A stretch of 11,828 nucleotides of DNA from Candidatus Thorarchaeota archaeon (lineage in GTDB: Archaea; Asgardarchaeota; Thorarchaeia; Thorarchaeales; Thorarchaeaceae): positions 1 through 11,828 of the forward strand of contig JAWAQK010000066.1 of assembly GCA_038893995.1 (NCBI GenBank). The letters run 5' to 3'. Shown here one piece after another: positions 7,201 through 11,828 of this stretch. The stretch's first letter is position 1; every line of letters begins with the position of its first letter. The notes under the pieces were generated by a model. That model saw only the letters and a list, made by a program, of their open reading frames with translations. It was not told where the DNA came from and searched no databases. A program made the translations under genes and the position numbers.

Positions 7201-8978
7201 TCTCGATATCTCTATACTATGGTGAGATCCTCCACCTAGCTGCAGAGTACAACGACACCTACTTCGGGGGTCACATATCTGGAGCGAATGTGACTCTCAT
7301 CATAGGTTCCTTCACAGTAGTCCTGGAAGAGGGTCTTCCAGGAGTATATGCTGGGACCTTCAATACATCTCTTCTGAATGCCCAGAGCCTGTTGGTGAGA
7401 GTGGTGGCCTCAAAGGAAGGGTACGCGCGTGTACAGTCCACCGTTCTTGTAGTGATTCGACCGTTACCCACACTGGCTACCTCCCCAATGCCTATCCAGT
7501 CTGCCTACCGTGGCGACGAACTCAGCTACCTGGTGACTCTCTATCAGACCCTGACCAACAGCACAATAGCTGGGGCCGATGTGACTGTCACATGGACTGG
7601 TACTGTCAGTGGCGTGTTGGATCTTGGCAACGGATCGTACCTGATATCTCTCGTGGCTAGCGTAGACCTGCCCAGAGCCTACACTGTGGAAGTCACCCTA
7701 GTGGTCCCAAACCACGAGATCGCAACGATAGATCTTGAACTTCTCGTGAGGCGCACTCCAGCGTACGTCGTAGGTGACACCAGTTACGATACTCCCGTGG
7801 GAAGAGCTGGTCAGGTGTCCTTCTATGTCGTGAACGCGCTCACCGGGGGTAATATCACCGGTCTCAACGGCATTGCTATCTGGGACCTGTTCGGCGAACA
7901 GCCCCTCCTCATCTCGGGAGACCTCTACATCCTGACCGTCAGCAGTGATTTCCCTATTGGAGTCTATGGCGTGGCAATCACTTTCCCGACAAGTCTGTAC
8001 GAGATTGCCACATTTGCACTGGTCGTGGAGGTGCGCACGATCAGGACTACGATCCAGATCGAGAATACGACAATACAGACATCGCCAGGTGCTGCATTCG
8101 AGGTGACGCTCCGGTATGTTGATCTCGACAGCGGCGGAGTCGGCATAGATGGCGCTACGATTGACGTCTATCTTCAGGGCACTAGTCTGATCTACTATCC
8201 TGATCGTGTCAGATATCTTGGCGACGGCATCTATGTGCTGCTCTTCCAGTCCAACGAGGGTGGAGTCTTCACAGTGACTGTCACGCTCCTGAAGGAGCGC
8301 CACGAGCCCAAGACGATCGTATTGAACGTCATCTCTGATGTGTCTCAGCAGCAGCTCCTCGTTCAGAGCCTCCTCCAGTGGGGCAGTGTTCTGATAGTCC
8401 TGGCCTCCGCAATCACGGTCCTCTGGGTGAAGTATCTGAGCGTCCCCCGCATGATCCGTATCATGAACGGAATGATCTCGACACTCTCCAAGGGCCGCAT
8501 TCCCAAGATCCCGGTCGTCCTCTCAAGGCAGAGCATTGCTGCAGGAATTGTCAACGACGAACTGAGGGCAATCGGGCTCAGCAAGTCACTTGACGACATA
8601 GACGGAGAACCGATCAAACCGATAGTTCCAGAGGTCAACGAGCTACTACAGCGCCTGGCTGAGATAACGGGCCTGGGTGATGCAGAGCTTGACGCATTCA
8701 GGGCCGACCTTGCACGGATGAAACCCAGCGAGAGACCAGGCTTCCTCCGTGAGGTCATCAGACAAGAGGAGGCTCGCAGGGCTGAGCAGCTGGCTCGTGT
8801 TGAGGCTCCCACAGTCATTCCGTCTGGTGTCACGCCTGCTGATCTGGAGGAACTGAAACTGAAGCTGAAGCGCAAGGGTATTGCGCCAGAGGAGATAGAG
8901 CTCATCCTGGAGCACGCAAAGAGTCTGTCGAGGGCTGACCTCGAGGCTCTACTTGATAGCCTTGGAATAGACCTGTAG
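1239..8978 (+). CDS. Giant (2579 aa) type I membrane surface glycoprotein (paralog B): signal peptide, CBM-like head, ~17 Ig-like repeats, TM helix, cytoplasmic helical tail
   Basis: Uninterrupted 7.7-kb ORF with a strong SD. N-terminus MRHLRTILVFVGLLLVIGIPAIVWA has a basic n-region, an h-region and a V-x-A end. Periodic motifs YxD..G..I.GA / (L)GNG.Y / LDT / R.T.L recur. C-terminal hydrophobic helix LLQWGSVLIVLASAITVLWVKYL (~8370-8438) is followed by a charged helical tail. Confidence 0.95.
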   Translation: MRHLRTILVFVGLLLVIGIPAIVWAPSYEQVTPSAVTAPGSEGPSRLVDLGDGFVVEVGPSETLYRYTLTEQGLVEWVSQSDPLLAYEYGRGVHSQQQLTMRYIPGSGTTGTSLVVPTGAGWEGYHVDVSVSGLTENRTWVQNPDFTTSLTPWTAGTSNAGSFSLPITRYLADGRGPGDGCVEFEIDSQSTSAPYFYDADDLAYVSQTLTINRGTVVWAGFRMDYWADTQDDTHYGMEGSFAIYVDIEGQREYILVFGDIGAEETWFTSPMVEVNPSIFALPSDQSVSLQIGLWSKVTVGYTPEIGPRARVDNFELYLKTRATPSSVSLTMNGIAVQDGSGYGQGSVSQTPGTPWHMNPILLNFTWTPSPNPPSPNRVIVVEFDVSATMFARRLNVPTVWDISPTAYGETLRVQNGTDVFHATYFYADIPFGYEDMYFFNVSLDTDRDVYTVARPLAPSTNLTSGWTGGQPGDGFLNVSAYLVATGAGRYGYWRILSRSPNMISEIQMFDKTSLTWKRTVDLRAGMTTRARAFVGAAYQNSLVNFTVYAPSGATWTTLSAVVDAQGYATTTTFTLGGGNATAGQWMVEARSNDRGTSGHWTHAGFFKRTFSVTHASSLKMVYPTEAAQTWVTNVTYGDLMLLIVRANDTDSGTPIAGGSLQYSWIGGSGSFDDTGTGDYTKVLDTSVIQQYGSGQYVITLSWSASYYDPRVAYLTVNVNYRATLTSPQYPGISGAVGSGQWFDVVFQNVNGTGITGALITCNWTSSYSVNPQGGGLYRVSLSGSGVPLGRYLLQVYARAPFVVTQSLLIYVDVREIYNIVDYSANQLSIPVGESRSFTLRWTDVETGLPITGGSSYITCNWTSAAPVDYTVTEKSSGLYEIVIYTSDSDPLTGPNEFRNVVFNVNRRYYQNHTFTIGVQVRTHNTLFVLDSPVEQTPYGSTIVVLVYYEDIDLMLPITNGTGNVRIVVTSSGVSDLRYHVLPSSLGNGHYNITIGANQWGNIGWKDLVITVEWTGPVLKYMGKTIMTSVRVLGTNTDLFIEQAPPVTYYLETVSFTIVYYDSVNATRISNSTFHVHLSISPITPGHPVTQSDFVIHEIGTSGVYSLSIDSTKFGKTGVFSFLIGVSWDLGVAPHYENRTLLVTLVILERPTYLDYQIAPSAPYGLPVTFVFAYVDSLTATRIPQSASLHILINEPYVVYSYEYSAVDRSFTLTINTSSLGGVGTFIIHLNITWVGAPYYASIPAYSLSVSVLYRNTQLVHEPFQLPQYGSSVVFTFTYIDLVSGSPQGMVGVLSLNETLYGYYSVVFLGDGVFRVTLDTSGFPSTGRYTILARVVYTGTNFENNATETLAITVLPRSTQMIYYSPDPAQYLDSVVFVLTYVDDLSGSGIDGASITVSCNTSSLPLVRDSNYWVTPLGNGNYRVSVSTVALGSLGTFILNVTASYSGAPFYHANSRTLNARVTERATAILIVRTPGDTPFLENVTLRFRYIDSTTGALIILSKSNIVLKHGPSQSVIAASQYYLLYSGTYYEIGFNSTLLSPTSLVTNWEILMEIDMGLVEPFYAAKSATTRANTIERPTTITFPQVSVVPYLSNLTIVVRYLDYLRGVGVSGADVSVSFLNISNPVYHLIVLPGGEYKLIVPTGQFGRPGTVYFSLTLSRSGLPFYASRSITDVPAVVRPIQALLVVPAASLGVLPPGYPIVINATLYDMDYGGVVSGATVTTTWTAVTGRPYQVHEIQPGVYRITLDTQGLLAQKYTFSVIAQKQHFADASAPVVVQPGSQILAVEPRTLYFSAEWGQLIHVVVDVRQFQDNTPVPGASVVLSWGTLNLEFADLGNGTYSLDLDTSLGRAGAYTPTITVSRAFYQPRQVVVDLLVFKANGVIIPSVPVLNIVRSTSQYLVVYLSDVRRGIPISDALVSVEWNTVTYPMSYNGTPGYYAALIDTVGLPMGLHSAVVRASHDNLMFLDLTVDVSIIPVPARVGLVGGAISISLYYGEILHLAAEYNDTYFGGHISGANVTLIIGSFTVVLEEGLPGVYAGTFNTSLLNAQSLLVRVVASKEGYARVQSTVLVVIRPLPTLATSPMPIQSAYRGDELSYLVTLYQTLTNSTIAGADVTVTWTGTVSGVLDLGNGSYLISLVASVDLPRAYTVEVTLVVPNHEIATIDLELLVRRTPAYVVGDTSYDTPVGRAGQVSFYVVNALTGGNITGLNGIAIWDLFGEQPLLISGDLYILTVSSDFPIGVYGVAITFPTSLYEIATFALVVEVRTIRTTIQIENTTIQTSPGAAFEVTLRYVDLDSGGVGIDGATIDVYLQGTSLIYYPDRVRYLGDGIYVLLFQSNEGGVFTVTVTLLKERHEPKTIVLNVISDVSQQQLLVQSLLQWGSVLIVLASAITVLWVKYLSVPRMIRIMNGMISTLSKGRIPKIPVVLSRQSIAAGIVNDELRAIGLSKSLDDIDGEPIKPIVPEVNELLQRLAEITGLGDAELDAFRADLARMKPSERPGFLREVIRQEEARRAEQLARVEAPTVIPSGVTPADLEELKLKLKRKGIAPEEIELILEHAKSLSRADLEALLDSLGIDL
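1656..2195 (+). other. Putative galactose-binding-like / CBM4-9-type jelly-roll domain in the head of paralog B
   Basis: Begins WVQNPDFTTSLTPW (N-x-x-F...W pattern typical of CBM4/9/16/22 starts) and ends ARVDNFELYLK (x-D-[DN]-hydrophobic-x-L terminal strand). Aromatic- and Asp-rich in between. Pattern recognition only. Confidence 0.5.
3072..8340 (+). repeat. Protein-level tandem array of ~17 degenerate ~95-115-aa Ig-like beta-sandwich repeats
   Basis: Hand-delineated units such as ...YGSTIVVLVYYEDIDLMLPITNG...LGNGHY..., ...YLDSVVFVLTYVDDLSGSGIDGASITV...LGNGNY..., ...DNTPVPGASVVLSW...DLGNGTYSLDLDTS..., ...NSTIAGADVTVTW...DLGNGSY.... Average ~103 aa. No obvious DNA-level identity between units. 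Confidence 0.8.
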
Positions 8979-8989
8979 ATGACGATAGT

Positions 8990-9019
8990 AGGAGGTGTGG
9001 GCTGCGGCCCAGACCTCCT
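8990..9019. terminator. GC-rich inverted repeat in the 58-bp gap between convergent genes (candidate bidirectional terminator or 3'-end stabiliser)
   Basis: AGGAGGT-G-TGGGC-[TGCG]-GCCCA-G-ACCTCCT gives a 7-bp plus 5-bp stem with one mismatch and a 4-nt loop. There is no flanking T-tract, so the function is inferred from position. Confidence 0.55.
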
Positions 9020-9036
9020 GCGACCAAACAGGCGTT

Positions 9037-10062
9037 CTAAGATCCCTGGGTCGCCCAACTCCTTTCGAGCTCTTGAAGGAGCTCTGGCTCCCTATCGCTG
9101 ATGTCTCTGGCGGGAGCAAGCACATCGACTAGGTAATCCGCAACAGCCCTCTTCAGGTCCTGTGGATGGAGCTGGCCAGAGATGTATGCAGACTCTAGCT
9201 CTGCATAGGAGTTGAATGTCACATCCCCACCGAACTTCTCCTTTCTCCTCACGGTGAGGGTACCGGTTCGTGGAAATATGATCAACTTCGCGGTGGATGT
9301 GATAGGGTTCTGATCGACTGAACCCTGGGGACAGTACGCCTTGTCGATCTTGGTCCTGATATCGTCGGGCGGGTCGGTCACTCGAATGTGCGAGAGAGGA
9401 TCGCTGGCGGACATCTTGGATCCTCCACCCCTGAGCGACGGGAGCAGCGGTGTAAAGAGATAGCTCCCGCTCTTGAAGCCGATTTCTGGGAGTACCTCTC
9501 GTCCCAGCATGTAGATCTTTCTCTGGTCTGTGCCACCGACAGTTATGTCGGCCTTGAGATACTTCACATCGAGTATCTGCAGCAGCGGGTACAGGAGTTC
9601 TGATACTTTCGCCTCCTCCTTCATCCTCACTACCTCTGTGGCAGCCCGCTTTGCTCTGACTGCGGTGACCAGGCCTGCTACGAGGTAGAGGTCTTCGACA
9701 TAGTCTCGCTTGTGCTGGTAGCTGGAACCACGTACGAACCGGATCCTGTCGGCGTATGGTCCAAGTAATGCCCGGATGCACATCTCGTAGTACCTGGAAC
9801 GCAGGTCCATGAGTTCGAACGGTGTCTTCCGATCGTCCAGATAAGCATGGTAGTCAGCGATAAGGACTGTGCCCTTGCCACCCACCTCCGCCAGCTGCAT
9901 CAGCTTCGTGAGTGGGACCAGGTATGCAAAGTGGAAGGGTCCCGTGGGAGCCGTGCCGTAGTAGAAGTTGAAACTACGCCTGCTCTCTAGTATCTCACGG
10001 ACTTCTTCCTTGGTCACAACCTCTTCTGTGTTGCTGATCACCAGTTCGAATGTGTCCTTCAC
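9037..10062 (-). CDS. tyrS: Tyrosine--tRNA ligase (class Ic, archaeal/eukaryotic type), 341 aa
   Basis: [12 protein letters not shown] (HIGH-equivalent), [25 protein letters not shown], KMSAS (KMSKS-equivalent), KAYCP, and the EKFGG and LHPQDLK anticodon-domain motifs. GTG start has an in-frame TGA three codons upstream. Confidence 0.97.
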   Translation of the reverse strand: [341 protein letters not shown]

Positions 10063-10099
10063 GGATACTCACTGACTCTGAGCTTCATGGTGCTCTGTT

Positions 10100-11152
10100 T
10101 TAATCTTGCTGGGTTTTCTGGGCGGGTGTACATGTCTTCCTAGGCAGCATTGACAATGCGACAAACCCGACTGCCACGCTGAACCACAGGGTCACCGACC
10201 TTATGATGAGTACTGCCGCGAATGCTGAGGCCCTGGCAATGCCAAGTACTCTCTCAAGTACGGCCTGTGCAAATCCCTCGTATCCACCGAGTCCCCCCGG
10301 CAGAAACACAAGGACTGCACCAACTACTGATGCCCCTGCATGAACGAATGTGGCCTGTGCAAGCAACACGAGTGATTCTGAAGACAGCGAGGGAGTCCCC
10401 AATCCCGTAAGCACACTCAGTAGGAGCCAGAGCTCCACACACTCGACGAACCATCCCGGGATGCTTATCCCCGTAGTCCAGATGAGTGACCTCGGGGTGA
10501 GGGTCCTGACCATTGTGTCTTCGACGTGGTCGCAGCTGTCGCTGAACCTATTGAGACCTCGTGACTTGACCAGTCTTCTGACGATCTTCTGGTAGAACTC
10601 TCGTTTCCCAAGCACGATGGCAGCCAGAAGGACAAGCGCTCCCACAATCGCCATGAGCACGAGTTCGTTTCCTTGACTGAGCCCTCCGATGTAGCCGACT
10701 GCTGCGAGGACGACAAGCGCCAGCATGTCAGTGAGCCTCTCGGAGAGGACAATTGGTGAGGTCTTGGCAATCGGTGCGCCAGTCAGGTCCTTGCAGAATA
10801 TTCCCTTCACCATCTCCCCCATCTTTCCCGGTGTTGCTGTCAGCGTGAAACCTGCTAGAAACACCTTGAACGAGTCTGAAGGTCGGATAGAGACACCCAC
10901 CTTGCCGAGGAAGTACTGCCACTTCCCGAAACGGATCAGATAGTTCGTGAATGACAAGACCATCATGGTCGGTAGTATCCACATGGGGACTGTGCTCAGG
11001 GCAGAAAGGACATCCTCTATCTTCGCGTAGAGGGCCAATACGAGGTATACCACTATGGCCAGCGCAGCCACCAGTGCTAGCCTACGCAGAGTAAGCATAC
11101 GCCCGGCATGTTCCCCGGCCCCTGTCTCCTGATCGCTTGCTCTCACAGACAT
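10100..11152 (-). CDS. UPF0104 / lysylphosphatidylglycerol-synthase TM-domain (flippase-like, AglD2/YbhN family) membrane protein, ~350 aa
   Basis: Multiple TM helices and family motifs RFGKWQYFL, TPGKMGEMVK, ERLTD, PGGLGGYEG, R-x-x-T-x-W. I prefer the ATG at 11152 (GAGG 4 nt upstream, 10-nt overlap with the PHP gene end) over 11284, which overlaps the PHP gene by ~140 nt. ATG 11098 is an alternative. Confidence 0.88.
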   Translation of the reverse strand: MSVRASDQETGAGEHAGRMLTLRRLALVAALAIVVYLVLALYAKIEDVLSALSTVPMWILPTMMVLSFTNYLIRFGKWQYFLGKVGVSIRPSDSFKVFLAGFTLTATPGKMGEMVKGIFCKDLTGAPIAKTSPIVLSERLTDMLALVVLAAVGYIGGLSQGNELVLMAIVGALVLLAAIVLGKREFYQKIVRRLVKSRGLNRFSDSCDHVEDTMVRTLTPRSLIWTTGISIPGWFVECVELWLLLSVLTGLGTPSLSSESLVLLAQATFVHAGASVVGAVLVFLPGGLGGYEGFAQAVLERVLGIARASAFAAVLIIRSVTLWFSVAVGFVALSMLPRKTCTPAQKTQQD

Positions 11153-11802
11153 AGTTTCCTCGCCCTCTGCCAAGCCATTGTAGGGAGTTGCCACAGGAAT
11201 AGCGACGAGTGTCCAGAGATGATGGTCTCTCCTCTCCTCAGGCGGTCGAATATACAGTCTGCAGAACTGATATCGGCGAGCCATGTCTTTGCATGTCCGA
11301 GTTCCAGAAAGCTGTGTGAGTCACTCCCTGCTGTCATTGGTTTCTCGAGTCGTCGTGCAAGATTCTGCGCCCAGCTGTTAAACACTGGAAGTATGCATCT
11401 CGAGTTGATCCCCTCTATGAGGTCAATGTGCCTCCTGATGAGCGCATCTGGCAACGATCTTCTCATCGCGGTGTGCTTTCTCATGGGGTCCCTCGGGTGA
11501 GGCAGGACGGTTATCCCAGACTGTTCGTGAATTGCCTCGGCAGTCTCCTCAAAGCTGCTACGTCTTATCGGGTCACTGACGAATAGTCCGATCAGCTCTC
11601 CAAAGTCCGTCGTCATGAACTCGCAGCCGTTGATGATGTAGATGTCGTCGCTGATGATTGGTCTAGTCAGCGATGGCGTCCCATGGTCTGTGAGTGCAAT
11701 CCCTGAGAGTCCCCTCCGTCTGGCCCATCTTGGGATGTCTCTTGGCCTCATGAGGCCATCTTTCGAGTGGTGACTGTGGGTATGCAGGTCGAATGCTGAC
11801 AT
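11143..11802 (-). CDS. PHP-domain metal-dependent phosphoesterase, ~219 aa
   Basis: PHP motifs DLHTHS..S.DG, ALTDHG, GCE, HP, IEGIN and GSDSH. An in-frame TAG at 11826-11824 shows the gene is complete. Start is ATG 11802 or GTG 11823/11820. Confidence 0.92.
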   Translation of the reverse strand: MSAFDLHTHSHHSKDGLMRPRDIPRWARRRGLSGIALTDHGTPSLTRPIISDDIYIINGCEFMTTDFGELIGLFVSDPIRRSSFEETAEAIHEQSGITVLPHPRDPMRKHTAMRRSLPDALIRRHIDLIEGINSRCILPVFNSWAQNLARRLEKPMTAGSDSHSFLELGHAKTWLADISSADCIFDRLRRGETIISGHSSLFLWQLPTMAWQRARKLCL

Positions 11803-11828
11803 CCTGGTCGTCCCGGTCACCACCTATG

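Noticed and set aside
1330-8303. Numerous 60-200-aa alternative-frame and antisense ORFs inside the giant gene, and similar ones inside the minus-strand genes
   Set aside because: They are fully nested in well-supported CDSs, have no recognisable motifs, and are expected by chance in a moderately GC-rich sequence.
3072-8340. DNA-level tandem repeats, CRISPR-like arrays or DGR template/variable repeats in the repeat region
   Set aside because: Periodicity is visible only in protein. I saw no near-identical nucleotide repeats, no adenine-specific mismatch pairs and no reverse transcriptase, though a dot-plot would be the definitive test.
1239-8978. Calling the giant protein a canonical S-layer protein, cadherin or integrin homolog
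   Set aside because: No PGF-CTERM motif, cadherin Ca-binding motifs (DxNDN, LDRE), FG-GAP repeats or GFFKR juxtamembrane motif in the right place. A GFFKR string occurs at ~3048-3062 but lies in the ectodomain and is probably coincidental.
8979-9036. Possible SECIS-like element (ATGA right after the stop, followed by a hairpin)
   Set aside because: There is no in-frame TGA in the giant ORF or tyrS, and I could not build the GA quartet and apical A-rich loop geometry.
11153-11284. 44-aa N-terminal extension of the UPF0104 ORF
   Set aside because: It lies within the PHP coding region and is not family-like. ATG 11152 gives a typical short overlap with an SD-like GAGG.

Overview
Archaeal genomic window; my inference is Asgard, Thorarchaeia-like, from gene content and protein style, not from a search. 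The + strand carries two translationally coupled paralogous single-pass membrane proteins. The first is 5'-truncated (open from base 1 to 1242) and the second is a complete 2579-aa giant (1239-8978). The giant has a signal peptide, a CBM/jelly-roll-like head, about 17 degenerate ~100-aa Ig-like repeats rich in N-glycosylation sequons, one TM helix and a ~180-aa helical cytoplasmic tail. That tail aligns at ~40% identity in two gapless blocks to the tail of the upstream paralog. A GC-rich hairpin separates this pair from a convergent minus-strand cluster: PHP-family metallophosphoesterase, UPF0104/LPG-synthase-TM flippase-like protein and tyrosyl-tRNA synthetase. The TyrRS motifs resemble the yeast/animal cytosolic and haloarchaeal type. 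The best candidate for an undescribed system is the coupled pair of giant receptor/adhesin-like proteins with conserved cytoplasmic three-helix modules. I saw no RNA genes, CRISPR arrays or mobile elements.
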